NCBI GenBank assembly: GCA_964188305.1
Contig: OZ076897.1
DNA length: 64,000 nt
DNA from: Podarcis bocagei
Taxonomy: Eukaryota
Direction: 5' to 3' (one strand)
Shown: positions 47,094 through 59,903 of the stretch, one piece after another
How the letters are laid out: every line of letters begins with the position of its first letter
Position numbering within the stretch: the stretch's first letter is position 1
Program-made: the position numbers and the translations under genes
The notes under the pieces: model-generated
What the model was told of the DNA's origin: nothing
Seen by the model: the letters and a program-made list of their open reading frames with translations, nothing else
The model's database searches: none

Positions 47094-47508
47094 CAGTGGT
47101 ACCTCGCAAGACGAATGCCTCGCAAGACAAAAAACTCGCTAGATGAAAGGTTTTTCCGTTTTCGATTTGCCTCGCAAGACGAATTTCTCTATGGGCTTGT
47201 TTCGCAAGACGAAAACGTCTCGCGACTTTGTTTCCTTTGTCTAAAAACAAAGACATGTTTTGTTTATAAAGTTAATTTATTTTCCCTTCAATTTTTGAAC
47301 TGCTCTTTACAGTATGTGTGACTTTAAAGAGCAGTTAATAAACTGTTGTTGTACCAAATTTGGCTTTGTTTGGACTTTTTTTGACCATAGGAACGCATTA
47401 ATTGATTTTCAATGCATTCCTATGGGATTTCGTGATTCGCAAGACGAAAAATTCGCTAGATGACAAAACTTGCGGAACGAATTAATTTCGTCTTGCGGGG
47501 CACCACTG
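47094..47508. mobile_element. Tigger-like MITE, family A (415 bp)
   Basis: TA-flanked, near-identical to 31961-32375. Confidence 0.93.
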
Positions 47509-49729
47509 TAGTTCCACTAGTGGTCATCTGCTTAGAATTGCCATAGACACTTGTATTCTCTCACAGATTGCAGAGATAGGCTTTATCCATAAAGGATAGC
47601 TTAGAGCCTAACTACGCTTAACTTTCCTGTGATTTCCTGTGATGTAACTGTGATTCCCTCCCCCACCCCACCCCTGAGAATTATAATAATTACAAGCTTG
47701 AAGGTAGTGATAGTTAAAGGGTGGAAATGAAGTGTGAAATCTCTATGAAATACAGATTCCTAAACATGCAAAAATATTTCTTTCCCATAATTGTGCTAAT
47801 TTGGAACAATGCCTCATATTTGTGATAGTGTTAATTTGGCACAGTTAATAGAAAAGGTACAAATGGAGAGTAGGCATAAAGTTACACACAGACAAAAAAT
47901 AAATCAGAAAGATCACTTTGTTCTGAACTTTTTCATCAAAGTATGGAGTCCTTTTTAATTACCTCACTTTTTGTTAACAGGCTGAACAATTATCCTGCAT
48001 GTATTTGTGAAGTTCTGTCTATTACAATTAACTTATGTTGAAGAACACTTATATATGATGTTTTACTTTTTGTCCCTCTCAAACATTGCATCTTCTACCA
48101 TGTACCATTTTTCTAACAGTCAAACCATTTTCTTCTAGTTATGAGGGAGGACTCTGGCAGATTTCTTCCAAACCTTGCTACAGCATTTCCAAGTGAAACT
48201 GCTTGCTTTGCAGCAGGGGAATTTATTGCCATTTCCCCAAAACTGAATTAAGCTTTCTTTGTGACAGCAGAAGAGTGTGAAATGACCATAACCAAGCCAT
48301 TAACTCCATGCTTGTAAATAGATGTCACTAGAAGTTTGTACTTGTTTGAGTTTCTTTTTAACTACATGTAAGTAATAAGCAACAATAACATGAAATTTCT
48401 TATAAATAAATATGCCAGTACTTAACAGAAATACAGAAAAAATTCAATTTAGCATTACTGTAAAGAACGGTGTCTAAGTAGGATATCTGAAGAGATGCCA
48501 TCTTTTTTTCCTAGTCCAGGTTATATGATGGAATCTAGCTTTGAAAACAAGATAAACGACTCAGCCTCCCTGCATCTTATCCCTCCCCTATAGCATCCTT
48601 GCACCTGCAAGAGTCCCTTGAGGCTCTTTCAACTGCCCCAGAGGTCAGCTGTAGATTCTACATCAAATCCAAAACTTTGATGGGACAGCTGAAAAGAGCT
48701 CTGTGCTCAAGAATTTCACCCAACAGTTTCTACCAAGAAATCTACAGTGCAGTCATATATATTTACTCAGAAATGAGCCCCATTGAGTTCAATGGTTATT
48801 GGAACATGGCTTACTTGCATTGTTGATGGTATCAACATGTGGAGATGAGCCTTTGGCTGCCTTGCTGACAAATCGTGTTGGTTTTTGAGGCACAGAGTAG
48901 AAAAAAAGAGAATGGGGGAGGCTTGACATGAATCTGTAATGAATGCATACATTCCACTGTTTATTTTTGCATGCTGAAGCTGTGAGAGAAGGGTACGGCT
49001 CACATTTCAATCCTACTCTCTTGTCAGGTCCCTGGGTATATTTTTCTACCCGTCAGCGTATCTGCAAAAACAGAAGAAATTTTGAGAATAGAAAAACTTT
49101 GGTATCAATTGAGGGCTCAGAAGCTGCAATGCAAACAGACTTGGTTCCAGAATTGCCACACAAGAAAAACCCAATTTCCAGGAGGAAAAGATCTGAAAAT
49201 TAATGTGGCCCTAATGTTAAAGGATCACAAGTATAAATTTGCCACCACGGTCTGGATTCTGGAGCAATAAAAGCAGATGCAATAACAGAATACTGCATTT
49301 GGAAAGCACTTCATTTAAGGTGCATCCTATGTATGCTGTTGCAATTGTTTGCAACTTCCTGTAAGGCAGATCAGTATTGTTCTCCTCATATTGCAGCAGA
49401 AAGACAATTCTCATTTTCTGGCCACTCTTTAAAAGGGCAGACTTTGCACCATGTCCCATGTCCTCTTACCCTTAAAATCTTGCTGAGTACTTTGCGGTAC
49501 TAACAAGAAGCATTATTGTACTGTTTGTTTGCTTGCTTGTTTCATAATATTTATACACCACTTGGTTGTGTTGTTGTTGCTTTTTTAAAAAAACAACCTC
49601 AATGCAGTTTATTTAAAAAACTCTTTAATATTAACAACAATAATTTAAGACTTTTGAAAAGTTAACATAACAATAGTCCAAAAGCAAATGAAAACTTGCA
49701 CCAGTTTTCTAAACGTCATATTCTGAGTA

Positions 49730-50564
49730 CAGTGGTGCCTCGCAAGACAAAATTAATTCGTTCCGTGAATTTTTTCATCTAGTGAATTTTTCGTCTTGCG
49801 AAGCACGGTTTCCCATAGGAATGCATTGAAAATCAATTAATGCGTTCCTATGGTCAAAAAAAGTCCAAACAAAGCCAAATTTGGTACAACAAGAGTTTAT
49901 TAAGTGCTCTTATAGTCACACATACTGTAAAGAGCATTTCAAAATTCAAACCCAGAATTTTTTTAAAAAAGCAGCAGAGTGGCCCAATGGTCACAGAAAA
50001 TCATAAAAATGCAGAAAAAAACCACAAGCTTCCAGATTCTTGCAAACCCCTCCCCAACTGTTCCCCCAGCCACCCAGCACACAGAAATTCAAATCCAGAT
50101 TTTTTTTAAAAAAACAGCAGAGTGGCCCAATGGTCACAGAAAATCATAAAAATGCAGAAAAAAAACACACAAGCTTCCAGATTCTTGCAAACCCCTTCCC
50201 AACACCAAGTCCTTGAATTCCAAACACCCCAACCCAAAATCCAAAACCCCCCAAAAAAGTTTTAAAAGCTTAACTTACCAAATGGCTGCAAAGGAAGTTT
50301 TGGAAAAGCTTCAAAAATCACCAAAGTCTTTAAAAACCTCAAAAAAGGCTACTATGTACACTGCGTTCTATGAGTTGCTCCTCGAAGTCAAGTCGCAACT
50401 GTATTAACGATGTTAAGAAAAAGGAAACAAACTTGCAAGACGTTTTCGTCTTGCGAAGCAAGCCCATAGGGAAATTCGTCTTGCGAAGCAGCTCAAAAAC
50501 GGAAAACCCTTTCGTCTAGCGAGTTTTCCGTCTTGCGAGGCATTCGTCTTGCGGGGCACCATTG
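49730..50564. mobile_element. Long Tigger-like family A element (835 bp) with an internal ~143-bp tandem duplication
   Basis: TA|CAGTGGTGCCTCGCAAGAC...GGGGCACCATTG|TA, with duplicated units at 49942-50084 and 50085-50203 (partial). Confidence 0.9.
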
Positions 50565-50981
50565 TACAACAGTTCAACTTCTTCAGCTCAGGGAAATGGG
50601 ATTCTAGTGCACTGAGGCTTCTGGGGATGTGGGCTTTCCCAAGGTTGCTTCTAAGGGGATTCCTCTCCCATTCCAGCACCTCCTCAGAGTTCCTGGCCTT
50701 ATCCCTTGGGACCACAACACCAACATACTCCACACAGAACTTATCCCTTCTGACCATCTTGTCTCTATGCAGGGGATGTTACAAGACAGAATCCACCATT
50801 ATCTTTTAGATCCCTGATTATTGGAGCCACTTCAGCTTGGGATGCTTCCGCCTACCAAAATGGTGTGTGTGTGTGTGTGTAGAGAACCGGAACTTTTGGA
50901 AGTGATTTCATCTTGCAGGATACCACATAACAACTGTGAAACAACTATAGATTCCCTACGCAATGAAATCATCTTCTAGAG

Positions 50982-51603
50982 CAGGGGTCAGAAATCTAAG
51001 GCCCATGGGCCACAAGCAGTCCATGGGGGTTGTTTAACCGGCCCACAAGCCGCCCCCGAACCAAGACACCCGCTCGGTGAGTCCCCATCTGCTGCGCTAA
51101 ACCAGTGAAGCACAGAACGGGGACTCACTTCCGCAGCACCAAAAATTGTGTCTGTGCAGACGCAGATGCCGAAAATTGTGGGCGCGTGTGTGATCTGGCC
51201 TACAAAGGGGTCATCTCCTTCCAGCCGTCCCACTGTGAACACCCATTGGGCTCTGCTCCGATGTAAATCAGCGACCTGGGCTTCAAAGCCAGGGCACACT
51301 ATATCAGCAGAGCAAACTACACACACAGAATAGGCGTGAGGCTTGTGGAAGCATACTACAACTATGGATTTATTATTCATAAATCAGGACAAAGAAACAT
51401 GTTATATTTCTCTTTTTCTTCTTGTCAAGAGAGAGAAAAGCAATAGCTATACACACAATGGAAGTTCCCAGCAGACTGTGCTGGTATGTAAACAGACATG
51501 TGACATGTAACAATCCCATGTCTGCTCCTTAAGGTGGAATGGAAATTCTCAACACTCCGCTGGAGTGAACCGGCCCAGGCGAAGTAAACCTTGCCGACCC
51601 CTG
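50982..51603. mobile_element. hAT (Charlie-like) MITE containing a nested insertion
   Basis: CAGGGGTCAG...CCGACCCCTG with a perfect 8-bp TSD TTCTAGAG. Confidence 0.88.
51219..51554 (-). mobile_element. Probable solo LTR (336 bp)
   Basis: 4-bp duplication CTCC (51215-51218, 51555-51558). The minus strand starts TGTTGAG and has AATAAA (TTTATT at ~51369-51374). The 3' end is AA rather than CA. Confidence 0.55.
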
Positions 51604-52614
51604 TTCTAGAGTGCCCCTACAGTTGCTACCAAGCTGAGCTGGATGCAAACCATCAATCCGAGCACAAAGGCTAAATATATGAGCCATTCTGTTTCCCCAA
51701 ATAATAGCTAATTTCCAAAGAAGTCTTACTTAGTGAACTCAGTTCTTAGCCTAGGAAAGATCTGAGAGAGGGAAAACTTGTAATGGGCATATTGGCACAC
51801 ATCTATTGCTTCTGCTGTAATCAAGCCAATTTCAATAAATAATTGTTGAGGTTTGTTTTAGACAAATCACTCAATGGGACATTTTTTTTGTTATTTTTTA
51901 GAATTTGCCATGATTAAAGAAATGAAGACTGGAAACAGACGGTTTCGGCAAAAGCCAGTCATGCTTTCAGAGTAAAAGGAAAGGAACAATGCAAGAGCCA
52001 ACTGCACACCTACATAAATACTCCCATGACAAACCATCCTTGAAATATTTCACCTACTGTTTATTCTAGGGCAGTGAAAAGCGACAAAACAATTAATTTG
52101 CCCTGAAGTCTTTCGGCATCCAAAGATATTATTTTGCTGGCAACTTTTAAAAAATATATATGAGCCGCAAGGGTCACATGAAACTACGTTGCTGCGGAAC
52201 GTTAATTTCCATGCATTTAAACAAAGTAATGTCAAAATCAGGATAATTGAAAGTGTGCCCATTTTTGCAAGTTGCTTCCCAGCATGTTCCCTTTGCAACA
52301 GCTGCTGGGTGAGCTGAAATAAAATAATAGTGTTGGGTCAGGTGGCATTAGTATATTCATGACACACCCAGAAGCTTCATATAGATGTTTTATGATTGCA
52401 CAAAATGCTCAGTAAAGGTGGAGGCATATCCTCCATGCCTCATTGGTACTCATTTTTACCCCATTGGTCAGGAAACACAGAATCCATTCCAGGGCAAGTC
52501 CCTTAATACCTATTAGGTCCTACATACAATCTATTGGAATCAGCTGCTCAGTGGTTACATCAAGCGTCTTTGAAGTTCTGCACCAAGCAGAATACTGCAC
52601 CTAGCAGAATATCT

Positions 52615-52990
52615 GAATACCACCCCCATTATTCAGCCAGGACACTGAGGTCCAGCGCCGAGGGTCTTGTGGCAGTTCCCTCCCTGCGAGAAGTGAGGTT
52701 ACAGGGAACCAGGCAGAGGGCCTTCTCGGTAGTGGCGCCTGCGCTGTGGAACGCCCTCCCATCAGATGTCAAGGAAATAAATAACTATCTGACTTTTAGA
52801 AGACATCTGAAGGCAGCCCTATTTAGGGAAGTTTTTAAATGTCTGATGTTTTATCGTGTTTTGAATATTCTGTTGGGAGCCACCCAGAGTGGTTGAGGAA
52901 ACCCAGCTAGATGGCCGGGGTATGTATGTATGTATGTATGTATGTATGTATGTATAAATAAAATTGTTTCATCATCATCATCATCATTAG
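52615..52990 (+). mobile_element. L2 LINE 3' fragment
   Basis: Encodes RTLRSS...RAFSVVAPALWNALP...TFRRHLKAALF (L2 ORF2 C-terminus), then a 3' stem-loop and (TATG)n and (ATC)n tails. Confidence 0.92.
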
Positions 52991-53033
52991 ACTTCCTTCC
53001 AACACTGATCAGCTGATTGATGCTGACAAGAAG

Positions 53034-53172
53034 ACTTTGGAGGTCTTTAAGCAGAGGCTTGACAACCATATGTCAGGAGTGCTCTGATGGTGTTTCCTGC
53101 TTGGCAGGGGGTTGGACTCGATGGCCCTTGTGGTCTCTTCCAACTCTATGATTCTATGATTCTATGATTCTA
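53034..53172 (+). mobile_element. CR1 LINE 3' end
   Basis: GGCAGGGGGTTGGACTCGATGGCC...TTCCAACTCT followed by (ATGATTCT)x3 octamer tail. Confidence 0.92.
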
Positions 53173-53836
53173 AGCCCTGTTTGCAAAGGAAGAATTAGAA
53201 AGTCACCTTAGGCTTCCAATTGTTCCTTCATAGCTATCTTCATACCTGCTCCACAGCTGATGTCACACGTGACATCAAGTATAGGCCATGTGGGTGTACT
53301 TTGTGGGCAAAAGCCTTGAAGGTCAAACTGAGACCTGTGCTCTGCTTAATTAGGCTCACGGGTCGGTGAACACCACAAGAAGATTGGGTACCAGGATCTA
53401 GGATGCTGACTACCCATTCCAATAAGCCACAAGAAGATGCATGGTCTGTAATAAACAGGGACCGTGTTCGAGAGCAGAAATCAAGGATCAGAAGGAGACA
53501 GAGGAAGGGGCATGGAAAGAGACAACTAATTTTTTAGGGCTCTTTGGAAAAGCACCTACTTGGCATGCAACCAGTCCCAGGTTCAATCCTCATCATTTGC
53601 AGGTTGGTTTTGAACCCTGGGGAATTGCTGCTGCACTAGATGAATGAGTGGACTGATGCAGTGTAGTCTGTTCCAATGCAGTCTGTTCCAATGAAAATAA
53701 GCATACAGTATATAAATGAAGATGACATTAAGGAACTTAAGAAAACAGTTTTAAAATTAAAAGTAAAAGTAAAAACAAACAAACCACAAACATAAGTTGA
53801 ATCAATTCAGACACTCTAAATATGAGATGGAAAACT

Positions 53837-54194
53837 GACAGTTAAGTCCAGTCAAATTTGACTATGGGGTGCGATGCTCATCTCTGCTTTCAGGCCAAGG
53901 GAGCTGGAATTTGTCTGCAGTCAGCTTTCCAGGTCATGGGGCCAGCATGAAATAACCACTTCTGGTGCACAGAACACTGTGATGAGTGCCAGAGCACATG
54001 GAAACTTGGTTTACCTTCCTGCTGCAGTGGTACCTATTTATCTACTCACCCTGGTATGCTTTCAAACTGCTAGGTTGGCAGGAGATGGGACAGAGCAACG
54101 GGAGCTCACCCCGTCATGTGATTCGAACTGCTAAACCTCTGATCAGCAAGCCCAAGAGGCTCAGTGGTTTGGACCACAGCGCCCCCTGAGTCCC
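53837..54194 (-). mobile_element. Sauria SINE (older)
   Basis: Reverse complement of the 1882-2265 type. Confidence 0.85.
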
Positions 54195-54551
54195 TCTTGT
54201 CTACATATAAAACCACCTCCATAGTGAAGCATTTCCATTGGCCTCTGGTTGCCAGTCAGCACGTTTGACTGGTCCTGAAAGTAGATTTTGCAATATCAGC
54301 TTATGATTGGCCATACCTATTGCTGTAATTAGACAGTGCTCCAGACCATAGTGTCATGCTAGGGTTGGAGATATGTAACCCCATGGCAAAATATTTAGAA
54401 GCAGACAGGTATCAGCTCGAAGCACCTACAACACCCATTAAATTGAGACCTCTTCTTTCAGTAAGCTATGATATACTGTAGATTGACCACACACTCACTA
54501 GCATACTATGTTGGAAAGGAAATCACAAATTTCCTCTTAATGACATCATGA

Positions 54552-54668
54552 TTTGGCAGGAGCTAGGGCAGAGCAATGAGAGCTCACCCCATCGTGCAGA
54601 TTGGAACTGCCAACTTTATGATTGGCAAGCCCAAAAGGCTTGGTGGTTTAGACCACAGAGCTACCCAC
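54552..54668 (-). mobile_element. Sauria SINE 5' fragment
   Basis: TTGGCAGGAGCT...GAGCTCACCCCATC...GGTTTAGACCACAG. Confidence 0.75.
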
Positions 54669-55407
54669 ACTGAGACCACATTCATGTCACACATTTAAAG
54701 CACTATGATACTACTTTCAACAGCCATAGCTTCCCCAAATAATTCTGGGAGCAGTGGTTCATGTAGGGTGTTCAGAGTTGTTAGGGGGCCTCTTTTCCCC
54801 TCTCAGAGCTAGTTTCCAGCATGGTTTAACAGTCAATGCCTCTTCACAGGGACCTCTTGAGAATTGTAGCTCTGTGAGGGGAAACCTCCTTACAACTCTC
54901 AGCACCCTTAACAAACTACAGCTCCGAGAATTATTTGGAGCAAGCCATGACAGGGCCAGTTCCACTTGGAGGTTCTGCTTCAGATGGCTGATGGAAATCA
55001 TCTCCTCCCTTTCCCTATCACAGGCTCAAAGAATTACAACTAGCTATTAAACAGTGACATTGCTGCAATGTGTATGAAAGAGCGCTACAGAGGCAAAAAA
55101 AAGATGCTATGATGTATTACCACTTCCTTCAAGCAGTTGCAGAATGATTAAGGGTTGCCCTCAGTTATGTGGTTAACTTCTGAACATCTCCAGATGCGAT
55201 GTTCATGGAAAATATTAAGTGCTGACATGCCCCAATTCAGATTGCAGTGAGTTATGTGTCTGTAAAGGAAGTGTGAGATTAATTGCAATTATGATGAAGA
55301 TGAAGAAGGTGAACATATATTGTGCATAGTTTTGTCTGTGAGAAGGATAAATTTATTATGAGGAAGTAGTTATCTTGGTTGCTCATTTACCCTTGTTGTC
55401 CTCAGTA

Positions 55408-55649
55408 GAGTGGTACCTCGGGTTACAAACGCTTCGGGTTACAAACGCTTCGGGTTACAGACTCCGCTAACCCAGTAGTAGTGCCTCGGGTTAAGAACTT
55501 TACCTCAGGATAAGAACAGAAATTGTGCGGCGGCGGTGCGGTGGCAGCAGGAGGCCCCATTAACTAAAGTGGTGCCTCAGGTTAAGAACTGTTTCAGGTT
55601 AAGAACGGACCTCTGGAACGAATTAAGTTCTTAACCAGGGGTACCACTG
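55408..55649. mobile_element. Tigger-like MITE, family B
   Basis: TA-flanked, with the first base of the TIR mutated (GAGTGGTACC). Confidence 0.9.
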
Positions 55650-56020
55650 TACTACAAACCTTGTACCAGAATACTACATGGTAACACCTCTCTCTCTTAA
55701 CTTAATTGCCTCATCAAAAGTAAACCTGTGATTTCTATCAAGACTTTGGGTTAATCTCAGGGATCCACATATTCAAACTGGCCTTATTTGTGGTCGCTCT
55801 TGACCTCTCATCTCCCTGACAAAATGTGAGACAAAATGCTTTTTTGAAACTGCATCCCTCTGAGAAAGTTGTTTTCACGATGCCCCAGAGTAAAACACAT
55901 GAAAGTTCTTTGCTCCTGAAGATGGTCACCATATCATATAATTGCTCCGTTCAAATGCCTGACTCCCTTCTTTCTTTGAAAGTGAGTGAACACTTTGTCA
56001 GTCTCAAGTTATTCTTTCAC

Positions 56021-56374
56021 TAGAGACGGCAAAGAAATTTGATTCAGTTTCCATTGAAAGGCAAACCCATCTAATTCACACTTTCTGAAAAAACGTGCAA
56101 ACTGAAACACAGCCATTCTTCACAATTCATGCTTCTCTGCATTTTGCAATACATAGGTACAAAAATGCATACATTAAAGTATGCGTATATTCATGGCTAC
56201 AACACACAAAAATGCATGTAAAATGTGTGTATTAAAACAAATACACACAAAAATGTTGATAAATTTTCATGAGGAATTAAAAAAATCGAAATTGCAAAAC
56301 CATGTGGAAAGAGAGAGAACTGAACTTAAAATTGGAAAAATGAGAAACTGAGATTTGCATATTTGTCCATCCCT
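56021..56374. mobile_element. AT-rich non-autonomous DNA element
   Basis: Shares motifs with 28066-28536 and ends TGTCCATCCCT. Confidence 0.6.
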
Positions 56375-56549
56375 TTCTCTCACTTTGCAGTGAGATCTGC
56401 AGAGCGATCAGAACCCCATTCTCTTCTCCCAAGCACAGGGTGAAGTGAGTGGTTAAACTATATGCTGCAATTTAAAGGCATCTGAATCCTGGGGGTGGGA
56501 TTCTTACCTCATTCTCCTGTCTGCAAAGTCCAGCAGAAAGTGAGAGAAT

Positions 56550-56830
56550 TGGTTGACATCTGCCCCAAGCCCATTTGTACACTGGACACAGGGCTTGGAG
56601 GAGGGGAGGGGGCCTCCTCCTTCCCTCTACATATGTATTTGTGAAATTAAAGTACAAATAATTGGTGGGTGCATTTGTAAATATCATACTGGGATTTGGT
56701 TGGTGCTGGTCGGGAAGAAATTCATTTGGAGCACCCCCTTTGCTGATCTGTTTGGGATATAGCTATTTGAATAAATAAATGTGGCCCAGTTAACCCAACC
56801 CTTTGTGTCTTGCTTCTTTATTTCTCTGTG
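56550..56830 (+). mobile_element. Possible remnant related to the 14480-15480 element
   Basis: AATAAATGTGGCCC..TTAACCC..TGTGTC end motif, a GAGGGGAGG/CCTCCTCCTTCCCTC hairpin and a GGTCGGGAAGAAATT motif. Confidence 0.35.
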
Positions 56831-57067
56831 CGGCCGCAAATCACATACTGATGTGGTAATATAGCAAATGGAACCTAAAACTGGAGGTCGAGAAACTGAA
56901 AGCAATGGATTCGTCTACCCTTAGTGCATTGTGACTTTATGCGATCAGGATTCTGGTGTGACCAGAGGAGCCTGATTTTTAGGAAAATAATTATCATGTA
57001 TTGAAAGATGGAAACAGAGGGAGCCTGGTAAATCTGCATCAGAAGGGAGTTCTACAACTGTGGCATG

Positions 57068-57214
57068 CAGTGGCGTAGCGTGGGTTGTCAGCGCCCGGGG
57101 CAAGGCAAGTAATTTGCGCCCTCTAACCCGTGGATTTGCGCCCCCTAACCCTAACCCCCAGATGTTGCGCCCGGTGCAACTGGCCCCCTCTGCACCCCCC
57201 ACGCTACACCACTG
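57068..57214. mobile_element. hAT MITE (147 bp)
   Basis: TIRs CAGTGGCGTAGCGTGGG / CCCACGCTACACCACTG and a perfect 8-bp TSD GTGGCATG. Confidence 0.92.
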
Positions 57215-57787
57215 GTGGCATGACTACCAAGAAGACCCTAACATCTTGTACTCATCCACCAGATATTATACATGGACTGGATTGAGACTTGTTCCTCTTG
57301 CTTCCTTTTTCTTTTCTCCCTGCTGCTCCACTTTCCACCTTATCAGACCAAGTCGTGCACTGTAAATAAGAGAGTTAGGACTGCAGTCAGGGACAGAAGT
57401 TTTTACAGACAGAATTAAGGGAAACAGCTACTAGGAAGTGACTCAGTATGGAGACAGAGAGCGTTAGGAGTTGAATGCAAGTTAGTTTAAATGAACTTCT
57501 TTCTTTTCTATTACTTCTGCTCAGTGATGAATTTAATTAACCCTACCTGAAACATGAAAGAATCCAAACTTCCCCCAAAGCAGAGATGGATTTAGTGCAA
57601 TGCAACCGGTTCCTCCACACTGGGTGCCAAGCCTAGGGGGTGCCGCAGGGCACCAAAACTATGATGTAGTGAATTGAGCAGAATGGAAGGCAGTAGGCAG
57701 GGGGCGCTGAATTTGAGCCTCACATAGGGCGCCACTGAAATCTGAAAGACCAAGGTGTGCCACCACCGAAAGAAAGCAGGATTAATA

Positions 57788-58029
57788 CAGTGGTACCTTG
57801 GGTTACAGACACTTCAGGTTACAGACGCTTTAGGTTACAGACTCCGCTAACCCAGAAATAGTACCTCGGGTTAAGAACTTTGCTTCAGGATGAGAACAGA
57901 AAGTGCACGGCAGTGGCGCAGCAGCAGTGGGAGGCCCCATTAGCTAAAGTGGTGCTTAAGGTTAAGAACAGTTTCAGGTTAAGAATGGACCTCCGGAACG
58001 AATTAAGTTCTTAACCCGAGATACCACTG
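57788..58029. mobile_element. Tigger-like MITE, family B
   Basis: TA|CAGTGGTACC...GATACCACTG|TA. Confidence 0.9.
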
Positions 58030-59178
58030 TAATACTGAATGAGCACTTCCCTGCTTGAGAATAATTTCCGACTCTGGTGTTCAACTCGCGATGAACGCTT
58101 TTTTAAAAAACAAAAAGCTGCCCTGTTCGTTGCCTTTGTTGTTCATCCTGAAACAAACACAGAGCCCTACTTATTCGTCTTGCCTACACATTTATTGCTT
58201 CTCTCGACTGCTCCCCTCTTTCCTTTTCCGTTTGGTGACATAGATTCTTTTGCGTGATGTTGCTCGTGCGTGAAGTTTAGAATTCCATCAAAGGGCCTCT
58301 AGGTTCTGCAGTAGCAGATCTCAGAAAGTGTCTTCGCATGAGCTTTGTGAAGAATAAGGGGAGGAGGGTGTTTTGGTTTTTTTAACCTTGGGTACTTAAC
58401 TTTTGTGTCTTGAACAAAGAGCCCTTTAATGTTTCTTCCCCCTCTTGCATGTTTGTTTAGTTCTGCCGGCATTTGCTCTTTCTCCCATTCCGTGCCCACT
58501 TCAAAGCCAGGCCTTTGCCATAATCTTTCCTTTTAGCGAGATTACTACTGTTCATGCAACTCAATGTGCCTGTATTGTTTTGATTAACATAGGAGGCGGC
58601 ATCTTCTGTCACACCAGAGGAATTTGTATTATACCCATGTCTTATTTCAGGGCTTCAGTACGACACAAACCAAATACATGGAAAACTGAAAGGGGGGGGG
58701 AGAGAAGATTCTATTCAATATACCTACAGATCTTCTTCCAAATGTCATTTAATGTGTGGGTTGTAATAGGGCTGCCCCTCCAACTTCTACTATTCATAGC
58801 CTTTTCTTTAGGCTGTTTCATATCGGCAAATCATCATCATTCTTCCTTATCTACAATAGAAAAAAATGAAAAATAGAAAAAAAATTCTCCATACCTCCAG
58901 GAAACATTTGTAGCTTACCCTAGCTACAATTCTTTTCATATTGCTTGCATTGTTGTTTTGCTGTTGTTGATGCTTCCAGAAACACACAGTATCTATTCAT
59001 TTATCTTTTTTATCTTTATATTTTTATCCTTCATCTAAAGCATTCCAACATGGTGTACAAAGGTGGTGGTGGTGGAAACTATTCATGCAACATATAAATA
59101 CAATATCAAAAATCAAGAAAAAAGCAGAACAATCTGCAGCTGAAACAGGAAGCAAACTAAAAAGATTAAAGAGTAGAG

Positions 59179-59318
59179 CAGGGCTGAGGAACCTGTGATC
59201 CTCCAGATGTTTTCAAGCACCAATTCTTATCAGCCACAACAACCCTCTGGTCAATGATCAGGACTGATGGGAGTTGTAGTCCAGCAACATGCAGAGGTCC
59301 ACAGGTTTCCCAGCCCTG
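59179..59318. mobile_element. hAT (URR1-like) MITE, older
   Basis: TIRs CAGGGCTGAGGAACCTGTG / CACAGGTTTCCCAGCCCTG and flanks GAGTAGAG/AACTAGAG. Confidence 0.8.
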
Positions 59319-59406
59319 AACTAGAGGAAACTTCTTCCCAATTACAACTCTCATGCTCAATAGTGACACCTATAAGTAGAATCAAGCACTACACGCCTAT
59401 GAAGTC

Positions 59407-59552
59407 CATAGAATCATAGAGCTGGAGGGCCATCTAGTTCAAACTGATGTTTGATGCTGGAAATCCAGTACTAGAGTGTCCCCAACCGACTCTGCTTAAA
59501 GAACTCCAACAAGGGAGAGTCCACCACTCATCTAGGTCATTGTTTCCCACTG
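59407..59552 (-). mobile_element. Old CR1 3' end
   Basis: CATAGAATCATAGAGCTGGA on the plus strand, then CTCTGCTTAAA..CTCCA..AAGGGAGAGTCCACCAC. Confidence 0.7.
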
Positions 59553-59848
59553 TTGTTGTTGTTTTTTAAAAAAACCCATGATTCCCCCAGTTTGGGTGCT
59601 ATGATGAACTGGGGTTTGTTAAAAGTCAGAATCAAAAGTGTCTGATCTCATCCTCTGATGTGTATGGGGCAGGGGAAGAATGGAAGCCTTAGACCTGCCA
59701 TAGCTCATTCTCATAACCAGAAACCATGAATGAATCAGGCTACTGAATTCTACTCATACATTTGGCATTACATGTGTCAAGCACAGCGGTGCAGTTTTAG
59801 CACAACTGGAAATCAGCACAGATGGACTGAAGTCTAATGCTGCCACAC

Positions 59849-59903
59849 ATTGATAGGATCAGAAATTTACATCAGAAATTGATAGGATCAGAAAATTACA
59901 TCA
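59849..59903. repeat. Two-unit ~30-bp tandem duplication
   Basis: ATTGATAGGATCAGAAA(T/A)TTACATCA present twice. Confidence 0.85.
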
